Assembly: GCA_964440365.1 (NCBI GenBank)
Contig: CAYTRX010000001.1
Location: 12,180-66,462 of the forward strand
Direction of reading: 5' to 3'
Length of the DNA stretch: 54,283 nucleotides
Origin: an uncultured Gammaproteobacteria bacterium
Lineage (GTDB): Bacteria > Patescibacteriota > Patescibacteriia > Patescibacteriales > UBA12465
In this document: one piece after another, positions 18,701 through 26,958 of the stretch
Numbering within the stretch: position 1 is the stretch's first letter
Layout: each line of letters starts with the position of its first letter
The notes under the pieces: generated by a model
Databases searched by the model: none
What the model saw: only the letters and a program-made list of their open reading frames with translations
What the model was told of the DNA's origin: nothing
Position numbers and translations under genes: made by a program

Positions 18701-21700
18701 ACAATGATATCTAGAATCTATTGTTGAGCAGTTTGAAATAGGTATTAAATTAGAAAGAATATTATTAGGTGAGCTAGCTATAGCATAATAAACTCTAAAA
18801 TTAGCTATATTATTAGTATCCGAGACCCAAGATAGTCTTACGCTAGATCCGTCGCTATTAGGCAAAGCCTCAAAAGAAGATATAAACCGAGCGCGAGAAG
18901 TTCGGAAAAGATAAGTTTCTTTCAAAAAACTAACGATACATAAAGCATTACCTGGGCAATCACTATTATTAGAGCAACTAATAGTTGGATCATTACTACA
19001 TACTTTAAATAAACTATTACCTTTAATAACCGCTGAATCACTCATAAAGGCTGGCAAGTCATCACTTAGATCGCCATCTCTACCAGCATCTCGACAATAA
19101 TAAAACTCATAATTATAAACACTAGTATTAAAAGAAGGTGAATCTACCCAAGGTGTCCAAGTGCCATCGCTTTTAACCGCTGGCCAAGGATTTTTACAAA
19201 GCAAAACATAAATATTGACTTCTGCATTTTTCCCCTCCCCATCATTAATAATATTATTTTCATCCATCTTTACTGTTGCTCGCAATGAAGATTTGCCATC
19301 TGTGATATTAGGTTTGACTTGAACTAAACGATTAGAAGAATTTTGTGCCCAGGCGACAACATTATCATTAAACTCAATAACATTGGTGTTGCTAATACTC
19401 CAATTATAAGTCCAAGAGTAATTATCATTTGGACCAATGATTTGTCCATCGCTAGTTTTAGCTTTGACAGAAAAAGCCTTATCTTTATCAGGAGCTGAGT
19501 CAAAACTAGCATGACGAGCATCGCTATCATTTTCGTTCAAATCGTTTTTATTGTCCTGAAATAAATACGAACTAGGATTAATTTCTAAATTATCAATAAC
19601 ACAAATTCCCTGTCCGGAAGTATTGCTAGACAAGGTTTCAAAAGACCAACTATAAGAATTTTTATAAGAATTGAAAAAAGTTGAAGGATTAACAACGCCA
19701 TTATTATAAACATTTCCTCCATTCATGGCGATACCAGTAAAAGCCCTTACTCCGCTTCCACTATTTAAATTCTCATCACCCTTAACCACAACAAAATATT
19801 TTGCTGAAGCTTCTAATAATTGTTTGGGTTTAAAATAAACTGTACTTTTATTAACGCCATGATTAATCTCAACACTTCCCATTACTGAGCAGTAAACGGG
19901 ATCACCAGCCGCTATACTTTTCTTAACAAAAATTTTTGCTAACGGCGCCACAACCTTATTTAAAGCTCTTTTTATTTTGGCTAAGAAACCTGATTGATAA
20001 ACAGGCTCCCAATCAGATCTATTTAAACCAGCAATTTTTTGTGTACCACTCGGACAAGTAGCACCACTTTCTTTTTCTTGTATTAATAAAATGTTTCCGT
20101 CTAAAGAAGGGGCGTCCATTCGTTGATCAAAATTTATTTCAATAATAGCGTTGCGACAAATACTATTTTTCGCCGGTTCCGGTAAAACACTAGTAATTGA
20201 AGGTCGAGCATAGCAACAAGAATCAAAACCACAACCAATATTGCTTGGGCTTTGTCCTTCTATTACACAATCATTATCTGAAAAACAACCACAACAAAGA
20301 CCTCGATTAGTACCAGTACAAGCTCCTTTATCAGCTAAACAAGTTAAATTTTCTCCTACTTGCTTACAAACATCTTCGGTAGAAATATTAGTAGGCTTAC
20401 AGCAACAACTACCACAAGTTTCTGGATCAGTTGTTATATTAATAGGTGTATTGCCATCTTCATTTAAACAAGAAAAAATATTACAGAAAATATTACTGCA
20501 GACATTTCCATCATAACAAGTAGTTCCTGCTCCAGCCGGCATAGCCTGACACTTAGTATTACAAGCAGAAAAATTAGTAAAAAGTTTATTATAAAAAGCT
20601 TCGTTGGTAGTAGTAGATTTTAAACAAACATTTCCTGCGGTTTCACAATTATAAAAAGCGCAGAGGCCATAATTATCGTCAGTCGATGAAGTAGAAACAT
20701 CATATTTTGCGCCACCTAAACAGTTCACTAATTCTGTTGTTGTTCCGGTTTCTGTTTTTATTTCTATTATTTTAGGACTATTACTCCAACAACAAGATCC
20801 ATTAGCCTTACAAGCAGCTTCATTTGTAATAGCACCACAATTTGCCCCACAACCAATCCGACAAAGATAATCATTTTTATAAGTTCCACTTTTTTTTGGA
20901 ATAGAAGAACATATTGTTGGATTTTGTGAATCACAATCATAATAAGGACAAAAACCGATATCACTAGATCCCTCTCCCCAGATATCAGCGCCAGAAGCAC
21001 CAGCACGACATTTGCTTTCACTTTCATCCCAACAACAAACAGCACTATGGGCTTTACAAGCCTCTCCTTTTAATTCAGCACAGTCTAAACAAGCACCATT
21101 AGGATAACTTGTATCACAATATTTTCCAGAACTTGTTAAGCAATTACAAGCCAAATCCCTAGCCTCTGTATTATTTCCAGCTACCTTACAACCAGAACAT
21201 AAACCTAAAGTTGAAGAAGTAGCACTAGGACCACAAGTAGAAGCGCAAATTAAAGGATGACAACAATCTGGATTTTGTGGAACTTGATCTGAAGTAGTTG
21301 CGTTTTTACTTTTATCACAACAACATTCACAAGCACCTTCGGTGCTAGTAGCACAAATACCTGGTGAATTAGGGCATTGATACCTCTTATCTAAAGGACA
21401 AAAAAGGAAGTCGGAACAACTTTCGGCATTATTAGGAGGATTAAAAGTAAAATCATTAAGTCCAGTCACAAATCTCCATTGAAAAAATGAACTTTTTGGC
21501 ACATCAGCAAAACAAGCACTTTCATTTTCTACACAAGCCCCCGCATTCGGTGTACCAATTAAACAACAATGAGGGATAGCCCCAGAACAATTTTCATTTT
21601 TTGTACAAGTACCAACTGAAAAATTAAGGCTATTACCAGTTTGGCCACTTCGCTTAACTTTTACTGGTCCGCTTAAAGAATTAGCTGGTACATTAACTGA

Positions 21701-23692
21701 AATTTTACTTGCTCCATTTTCAACACTAGCAGTAGCCGGAGCAGTCTCTTTTTCTTTATAAAAAACAGCCGAAGCACTTTCACCAAAATATTCACCCCAT
21801 AAAGACACATTGGTATTATGCGGACCAAAGCTTGGTGAAATCTTACAAACGCTTGGCATTAAAGGTATTGTTGAGCTAACATTAAACTTACCAAAATTAT
21901 TTGAATCTACTTCATTCCAAGAATCTATTTTTACAACTAAATCATAATTTCCATCTACTATACCGGAAGGAACTTTAACTAAAATTTGACTATCAGACCA
22001 TAAATTATCAGCGCAAACCGCTGGAAAACTAAAGTTAGCTTCGGTTTTATCGCTATTTAATTTAAAATAAACAGAACTATTTCCTCGATATCGACCAAAA
22101 TTAGCCCCCAAAATACTTACATATTGTCCAGCCGAACCAGCACTAGGAGAAAAAGAAGAAATAAAAGGACCAGCTGGCGCATCAGCCTTCTTTAAAAAAC
22201 TTAGACTATTACTATTAATTCCATTTTTTTTAACAAAAGTGCTAGTATCTCCAGCTCTTAAACTAGGAACGGTAGCGGCACCACTAGTGTCATTTGTAAT
22301 TTTATTAGGAGCAAAAGCTAAAACATTATTAAATAAATTACCAAAATAAACTTCAGAATTTTTTAAACCAACACCATAATAATAAATAGCCTCATTGGCC
22401 TCAGCTTCAGTGGGACTAATATTACAAATTCCAGGACGAGAAATATTGTTAATTTTTAAACCTTCTATTTTTGGTCCAAAATCATCTTTACTTCTATCGC
22501 TTTTACCATCTTGAGTAATAACCTCAAGCTCAAAATCATCTCCCACTAATAAACTATTATTTTGCGGAACAGCCATTATAATTTTACTATTAGTCCAAGT
22601 GTTATCACAATTATTATTTAATTCTTGTGGATTTCGTAAAGGAATAATTGTCTCTCCTTTTATTAAATTAACAACTGAAGACTCGCTATAAGTATTAAAA
22701 TTTTGTCCAAAAATACTAATAAGATTACCTTTAGCCGTATTAGCCGTAGTTTTATCGCAAGTAGAGCCAGGGCAATGACTATCTTCTTCACAAAATCTAT
22801 TAATATCATTAACGCAAAAACCTCCAACTGGACTAATGGCTAAAATAAGAGGCTCACCAACACATTTACAGGTTGTAGTATCGCAAGATAATCCATGATG
22901 AGGATTACAAGTGTTTTCAGTTCCGGTACAAGTATCACCCGCATTACAAGGTTCACCTAATTCCGAATAATTGCTTTCATCAGGTAAACAACGACAGGAT
23001 GTTTGGTCACAAAAAGAATTTTCGCCACAATCAACTTCATCATCTATTGTACAAACACCATCAGAAACAGTACCGCAAGGTTTATATTCACAACGACAAG
23101 AATTCAAGCCACAAATTAAGCCATTTTTACATTGAGTATCGTCCGGATCACAGGCATTTGGGTTTGATGAACACCAAGAGTCATGATCTCCAGGCGAACA
23201 AGTAGAGCCAATACAAGGCCCCCAAGAACCATCAGTACAAAAAGATTTTCCATCACAACCACAATTTCGATATTCACCATCTACACAAGGGCCACCAATT
23301 GTTCCTGTCGCCCCTCCCAAACGATTTAAAACAAAAATTGTTATTCCCCAAGAAGCCAAAATAATAAGTAAGCCAATTATCCCAGCCTTTAAAATTCTCT
23401 TGGCTTTATTTACCTTTTCTTCTTCACCCCCTGAGCTCATCCACATAAAACCAGCATAAATCACAATAGCGACAGCAATAACACCCAAAAAACTCATGGC
23501 GATATTTATAATTCGAGCAACCATTGTTCGTGGATCCTTATCCCCCAAAGCAATATCATTGGCGACTACATCAGCTCCAAAAATATCATTAGCCAAAACT
23601 GGTTTAGAGAAATTAAACAAAAAACTCAAGGCTAAAAATAAAAAAACACCTAAAGAAAATAATTTAAAAAATTTATTTTTTTTATTAAACAT
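15731..23692 (-). CDS. Giant 2653-aa membrane-anchored surface protein. Order: TrbC/VirB2-like pilin-type anchor, Cys-rich module, IPT/TIG repeats, Cys-rich module, Ig-like region, 8 FN3-like repeats, FISUMP domain.
   Basis: One uninterrupted ORF. The N-terminus has a signal/TM followed by IINIAMSFLGVIAVAIVIYAGFMWMSSGGEEEKVNKAKRILKAGIIGLLIILASWGITIFVLN, a two-helix pilin-like hairpin. ISP..G...ISI.G.NF-type IPT motifs occur. The C-terminus reads VKIGEQCWFAENL...GYLYQWSAAM...GLCPPGWHVPSKSDFQQL...YLWTSTE...GYGIRCLKD. Confidence 0.85.
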   Translation of the reverse strand: MFNKKNKFFKLFSLGVFLFLALSFLFNFSKPVLANDIFGADVVANDIALGDKDPRTMVARIINIAMSFLGVIAVAIVIYAGFMWMSSGGEEEKVNKAKRILKAGIIGLLIILASWGITIFVLNRLGGATGTIGGPCVDGEYRNCGCDGKSFCTDGSWGPCIGSTCSPGDHDSWCSSNPNACDPDDTQCKNGLICGLNSCRCEYKPCGTVSDGVCTIDDEVDCGENSFCDQTSCRCLPDESNYSELGEPCNAGDTCTGTENTCNPHHGLSCDTTTCKCVGEPLILAISPVGGFCVNDINRFCEEDSHCPGSTCDKTTANTAKGNLISIFGQNFNTYSESSVVNLIKGETIIPLRNPQELNNNCDNTWTNSKIIMAVPQNNSLLVGDDFELEVITQDGKSDRSKDDFGPKIEGLKINNISRPGICNISPTEAEANEAIYYYGVGLKNSEVYFGNLFNNVLAFAPNKITNDTSGAATVPSLRAGDTSTFVKKNGINSNSLSFLKKADAPAGPFISSFSPSAGSAGQYVSILGANFGRYRGNSSVYFKLNSDKTEANFSFPAVCADNLWSDSQILVKVPSGIVDGNYDLVVKIDSWNEVDSNNFGKFNVSSTIPLMPSVCKISPSFGPHNTNVSLWGEYFGESASAVFYKEKETAPATASVENGASKISVNVPANSLSGPVKVKRSGQTGNSLNFSVGTCTKNENCSGAIPHCCLIGTPNAGACVENESACFADVPKSSFFQWRFVTGLNDFTFNPPNNAESCSDFLFCPLDKRYQCPNSPGICATSTEGACECCCDKSKNATTSDQVPQNPDCCHPLICASTCGPSATSSTLGLCSGCKVAGNNTEARDLACNCLTSSGKYCDTSYPNGACLDCAELKGEACKAHSAVCCWDESESKCRAGASGADIWGEGSSDIGFCPYYDCDSQNPTICSSIPKKSGTYKNDYLCRIGCGANCGAITNEAACKANGSCCWSNSPKIIEIKTETGTTTELVNCLGGAKYDVSTSSTDDNYGLCAFYNCETAGNVCLKSTTTNEAFYNKLFTNFSACNTKCQAMPAGAGTTCYDGNVCSNIFCNIFSCLNEDGNTPINITTDPETCGSCCCKPTNISTEDVCKQVGENLTCLADKGACTGTNRGLCCGCFSDNDCVIEGQSPSNIGCGFDSCCYARPSITSVLPEPAKNSICRNAIIEINFDQRMDAPSLDGNILLIQEKESGATCPSGTQKIAGLNRSDWEPVYQSGFLAKIKRALNKVVAPLAKIFVKKSIAAGDPVYCSVMGSVEINHGVNKSTVYFKPKQLLEASAKYFVVVKGDENLNSGSGVRAFTGIAMNGGNVYNNGVVNPSTFFNSYKNSYSWSFETLSSNTSGQGICVIDNLEINPSSYLFQDNKNDLNENDSDARHASFDSAPDKDKAFSVKAKTSDGQIIGPNDNYSWTYNWSISNTNVIEFNDNVVAWAQNSSNRLVQVKPNITDGKSSLRATVKMDENNIINDGEGKNAEVNIYVLLCKNPWPAVKSDGTWTPWVDSPSFNTSVYNYEFYYCRDAGRDGDLSDDLPAFMSDSAVIKGNSLFKVCSNDPTISCSNNSDCPGNALCIVSFLKETYLFRTSRARFISSFEALPNSDGSSVRLSWVSDTNNIANFRVYYAIASSPNNILSNLIPISNCSTIDSRYHCSYTLSGLSSDYSYNVRVAALDGNSMELGSSFYTSVTPAFIPFVEPFTASDALRGNELDLYWESAVNSGGSNVKFFKVLYQREGSNNNYLTIQAESSDCSKISNNTKYKCNYRLRNLEEDRRYNLKVTALSSAGTELGFSRFVSAMPTNTPIPIVTNLVATNLGTGGKVKLTWKASNERDFTKFTIYQTPKNGETTKIYRTKEGANCNLSNNVYSCSLDLDNLTDNLEHDFYIETLNEARIIHTSAVVSVTPTSPYVAMVRGFQAVNTETGGNLRLSWKINKDRDFSGFKLFYQAQGGNLASMPLEKSICELKENEYLCAYNLQGLENNVNYSVYFEVYHDGRRMEVSPSVSATPTYVSMLSNFSAVDVGTGGKVKLTWEMAANREFTRFLLHRDPVGVSGATTVSLEPSVCGPVVNNKRQCSHTTNGLTNNQKYNFYLDVFVGAEKRETSPIVSATPTIPYVPMLRDYKAIDTAEGGTLKVSWKINADRYLEFTKFELSRQPQGGSFTTSNLLKNNVCNLSEDGSEYLCTYLLQDLINDRLYNIDFSIYNNNIQLEGPIRISATPTAPPLITNFKVIDLGIGGAVKVSFDVSSEQEFTRVFIKHSNNHGHNPPLYINKNSSWCPLVSDKYSCSYEIFNLRDGFDYTFEVLVYNGNTLLETSPTISSAVTFEHLINVSYVDPGVGGQVYLSWDSPQAGITSYYIKKDLVASNLDFDKISSGLNAYDLSFCDTENFVGKNVCEATIYGLANNKDYFIRIQARNGNKILGYSNIIKVRASGGTSDCSGIEYQGYTYSTVKIGEQCWFAENLRYNNGCSGRQEVLGEDTGWCVTAYGGNNGYLYQWSAAMAGENEERSQGLCPPGWHVPSKSDFQQLFDYLNSNSEYQCDGQYNYLAKALASNISWNTSSVYCSIGKNLQNNNSSGFNALSIGYAFTKNSKVISQSYLWTSTEDPNEDGKNAYYLNINNNTNQINGLGKIEKRFGYGIRCLKD
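16385..18900 (-). repeat. Array of eight diverged FN3-like repeats of about 100 aa inside the giant gene (approximate boundaries)
   Basis: Each unit shows ..F.A.D.G.GG.VKL.W......F..F.L......, then C-x(7-11)-C-x-Y/H-x-L..L.....Y.F....., ending S..VSATPT. Examples are IVTNLVATNLGTGGKVKLTWKASNERDFTKFTIY and MLSNFSAVDVGTGGKVKLTWEMAANREFTRFLLH. Confidence 0.7.
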
Positions 23693-23781
23693 AGACCTAC
23701 AAAACTAATTGTTTTATTATTAAAATTTTAACACATTTTTACTTTAAAGTAAATGTTTTTTAAGAATGTTTATCAGAAAAA

Positions 23782-24021
23782 CTATTTTTTTCTAAAAATA
23801 TTTACAAAATCTATTTTTTTACTTATTTCATCAAAAAATCGAGAAAGTCTAGTAATAAAATCAATAATATCATTTGCCAAAGGAACCTCACTTAAATCTC
23901 CTTGTTTAAAATTAAAAAAGTAAAAAGAAAAAGCAATTAAAACAAAAAAGGTCACCACCAAAGCTAAGGTGCTGATAAAGGCTTTAATTTTTTTGGTTGT
24001 TATTCTAGAAATAATTTTCAT
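23782..24021 (-). CDS. Small hypothetical membrane protein (79 aa)
   Basis: ORF with one clear TM (AFISTLALVVTFFVLIAFSFYFF). No recognisable family. Confidence 0.35.
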   Translation of the reverse strand: MKIISRITTKKIKAFISTLALVVTFFVLIAFSFYFFNFKQGDLSEVPLANDIIDFITRLSRFFDEISKKIDFVNIFRKK

Positions 24022-24044
24022 CCTAGAAATATAATAAATATGAT

Positions 24045-24791
24045 TTATTTATTTAAATTTTGGGCTTTTTTAGCGTTTTCTAAATCTAAAAAACTATTAA
24101 CCCCTAAGCCCTCCTGAGCATCTATTAAACAATAATTAATAGCCGAACCTTGGTCAAAAGCTATTTTTATTAAATCCGTTAAATAATATTCTTGTTGCTT
24201 ATTATTATTTTTTAGAGCACTGATATTTTCAAACAACCAATTTTTATCAAAACAATAAATAGCCGGATTAACACTTAAAACTTTTTTTACTTCGTCATTA
24301 GCGTCCTTAAACTCAATAATTTCTTTAATTTTATCACCATCCTTTATTATTCGACCCCAACTATTAAAAACATTTCGCCAATCTAAAAAATCATCTAGCT
24401 CTACCACCATCATAGATATTTTATCTTTATGGCTATTGGCCAAACTAACCATAGAACGACTAGAAACAAAAGGATGATCACCATTAAAAACAAAAATTTT
24501 GTCAACATCTGAGGCGACACTATCTCTAGCAACGGAAACAGCATGCCCGGTACCTAATTGCTCTTCTTGAATAACATATTCCACCGGAAAATCTTTTAAG
24601 GCAGTAGCAATTTTTTCTTTATTATCTGGTGAAACAATAATTATTGGATTTTTATCCAAACCACTTTCCAGAACTGAAGAAAGCAAATGTTCAATCATCG
24701 GCTTTCCGTTAATTTCAACTAAAACTTTTGGCACATCCAAGCCCATTCGGGTTCCTTTTCCAGCTGCTAAAATAATAACTTTATTTTTCAT
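24045..24791 (-). CDS. Sugar-1-phosphate nucleotidyltransferase (GlmU N-terminal-domain-like, no acetyltransferase beta-helix)
   Basis: VIILAAGKGTRMGLDVPKVLVEINGKPMIEHLL and QEEQLGTGHAV motifs of the GlmU/RmlA-type pyrophosphorylase fold. At 248 aa it has no room for the LbH domain. Confidence 0.75.
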   Translation of the reverse strand: MKNKVIILAAGKGTRMGLDVPKVLVEINGKPMIEHLLSSVLESGLDKNPIIIVSPDNKEKIATALKDFPVEYVIQEEQLGTGHAVSVARDSVASDVDKIFVFNGDHPFVSSRSMVSLANSHKDKISMMVVELDDFLDWRNVFNSWGRIIKDGDKIKEIIEFKDANDEVKKVLSVNPAIYCFDKNWLFENISALKNNNKQQEYYLTDLIKIAFDQGSAINYCLIDAQEGLGVNSFLDLENAKKAQNLNK

Positions 24792-24800
24792 ACTCTTTAA

Positions 24801-26219
24801 TTAACTATTTATAATACTTGAAATTTTTTGAAATAATTGTTGGGCTAATTTTTTATTAGGAGCTTCAATATATAATCTAATAATTGGCTCAGTATTTGAT
24901 TTTCTTAAATGCACCCAAGAAGCTTCTTGTGGTAAAACAATTTTAAGACCATCAATCGTAATTATTTCTAAATCATTATAGCATTCTTTCAAAGCAGAAA
25001 CAATTTTTTTATAATCAATTTCTTTATTAATAATAATTTTTTCTTTCAACATAAAATAATTGGGCAAATTTTGACGCCATTGAGAAACCTTTATTCCTTT
25101 TTCAGCTAAAGCACCAAGAAATAAAGCAATTCCAACTAAGGCATCTCGTCCATAATGAAGCTCAGGAAAAATTATTCCACCATTACCCTCACCACCGATT
25201 AATGCTTTCACTTTTTTCATCTGGGCCACTACATTTAATTCTCCCACCGCACTAGCAAAATATTTTCCGGAAAACTTCTCGGTAATATCCTTTAAAGCTT
25301 GCGACGAAGAAAGATTAGAAACAGTATTTTTTTGATACTTATTTTTAAAATAAGAAAAGTTTTCTAAAACATATTCAGCCACCGCCACTAAAGTATACTC
25401 CTCACCAATCGGCCGACCATTTTCATCAATAATGGCCAAGCGATCAACATCTGGATCAACAGCAATACCTAAATCAGCTTTATTTTTTTTAACAGCTGTT
25501 GATAATTGACGTAAATTTTTATCAATCGGCTCAGGATTATGGGCAAACTTTCCTTCTAGCTCAGAATTAATAAGAATAATTTTTTTTACTCCTAAACTTT
25601 TTAATAGCCCTGGAATAACAATAGCTCCTACAGAATTAACAGCATCAACCACTACCTTAAAATTAGCCTGAGCAATTTTTGATTTTTTAATTATTTTTAA
25701 TTGTAAAATTTCGGCGATATGTTTCTGTTGATAATTAAAATCGTTTTTTAAATTGCCTAATTTTAATTTTTCCAAATTAGAAAAAGAATTGAGAGCAAAA
25801 TCTTTTTTTTCTAGTTTTTTCATCATCTTTTGTGAAAAATTTTTATCAATAAACTCCCCCTGATGATTTAAAAATTTTAAAGCATTCCAATTCATTGGAT
25901 TATGTGAAGCGGAAATAATTATTCCTCCATCAGCCCGCTCTTTAATCACGGCCATCTCCAGCGTCGGAGTAGTAGCTAAATCTAAATTATAAACATCTAC
26001 CCCCTGAGCTAATAAAACATTAATGGCTAAATTTAAAAACATCTCTCCGCTAATGCGCGCATCTCGACCAACTACAATTTTTAAAGAACTCTTTTTTCGC
26101 TCCTCCCGCAAAACACTAGAAAAAGCTAAAACAAAATTAATAAAATTTATTGGATTTAAATTATCTTCTCCGGAACCCAAAGTTCCTCGAGCTCCGGAAA
26201 TGGAAAATATTAATGACAT
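24801..26219 (-). CDS. Phosphohexomutase (phosphoglucosamine mutase/phosphomannomutase family)
   Basis: Active-site loop ISASHNPMNWNALKF, metal loop AVDPDVDRLAI, GGEGNGG sugar-binding loop. Confidence 0.8.
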   Translation of the reverse strand: MSLIFSISGARGTLGSGEDNLNPINFINFVLAFSSVLREERKKSSLKIVVGRDARISGEMFLNLAINVLLAQGVDVYNLDLATTPTLEMAVIKERADGGIIISASHNPMNWNALKFLNHQGEFIDKNFSQKMMKKLEKKDFALNSFSNLEKLKLGNLKNDFNYQQKHIAEILQLKIIKKSKIAQANFKVVVDAVNSVGAIVIPGLLKSLGVKKIILINSELEGKFAHNPEPIDKNLRQLSTAVKKNKADLGIAVDPDVDRLAIIDENGRPIGEEYTLVAVAEYVLENFSYFKNKYQKNTVSNLSSSQALKDITEKFSGKYFASAVGELNVVAQMKKVKALIGGEGNGGIIFPELHYGRDALVGIALFLGALAEKGIKVSQWRQNLPNYFMLKEKIIINKEIDYKKIVSALKECYNDLEIITIDGLKIVLPQEASWVHLRKSNTEPIIRLYIEAPNKKLAQQLFQKISSIINS

Positions 26220-26223
26220 AAAT

Positions 26224-26934
26224 TTATTTTTTTAAAATATAATAATAGTTAAACTCATCTTCCAAAAATTCTTTTATTTTAAAAGGTGTTTTTTTAATCA
26301 TTCTGTCTAATTCTTTTTTTGAAAAATTATGATAATAACGTAAACGATCTAAATCATTTTTAGCCTCTCCGCCCCACAAAAAAATATAATCACCACGGTC
26401 AATTATTCGTCCTCGTAAAAATTCCCGTATCCAAGTTTTGAAAAAAGAATAAGATTTTTTCTTTTTAAAATTAGACAATTTCCAAACGCTAAAAATAAAA
26501 AATCCTTCTTCTGCCAAAAGATGATAAACTTTTTGTAAAAGTTCTTGACGTAATCTCCTTCCCGGTAAATGATGTAAAACTGCCCAAGAAACAATTAAAT
26601 CAAATTTTTCTTCTTCAAGCTTATCAATATCTAAAATATTTAAAACTTTAAAATTATTATTATAATTTTTTCTAGCTAAACTAATTAATTCCGCACTAGC
26701 ATCTAAACCTAAATAAAAAAAGTCTTTATAATAAAGACTTAAAACAGGTAAAAAACAAGCATTGCCACAACCCAAATCTAAAACACGAAAATTTTGTGGC
26801 AAATTTAAACTCTCAGTAATCTGATACACCATTGGCTTCATTGGCTTCTTCCGACTTTGATCAAAAGCAGAAGCAATATTTTCATAATTTCTGGCTACCA
26901 AATTTAATAAATATTTTTCCGCTCTTTTATTCAT
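26224..26934 (-). CDS. Class I SAM-dependent methyltransferase
   Basis: Motif I VLDLGCGNACF, and post-I LGLDASAELISLA. Confidence 0.7.
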   Translation of the reverse strand: MNKRAEKYLLNLVARNYENIASAFDQSRKKPMKPMVYQITESLNLPQNFRVLDLGCGNACFLPVLSLYYKDFFYLGLDASAELISLARKNYNNNFKVLNILDIDKLEEEKFDLIVSWAVLHHLPGRRLRQELLQKVYHLLAEEGFFIFSVWKLSNFKKKKSYSFFKTWIREFLRGRIIDRGDYIFLWGGEAKNDLDRLRYYHNFSKKELDRMIKKTPFKIKEFLEDEFNYYYILKK

Positions 26935-26958
26935 AATAAAATATTATTAATATACCTA

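Noticed and set aside
13953-23708. Small ORFs nested in or antisense to the two giant surface-protein genes (13953..14174, 19324..19530, 20241..20516, 20767..21045, 22999..23205, 23496..23708)
   Set aside because: All are embedded in long uninterrupted ORFs with clear domain content, and their own translations are compositionally biased. There is no independent support.
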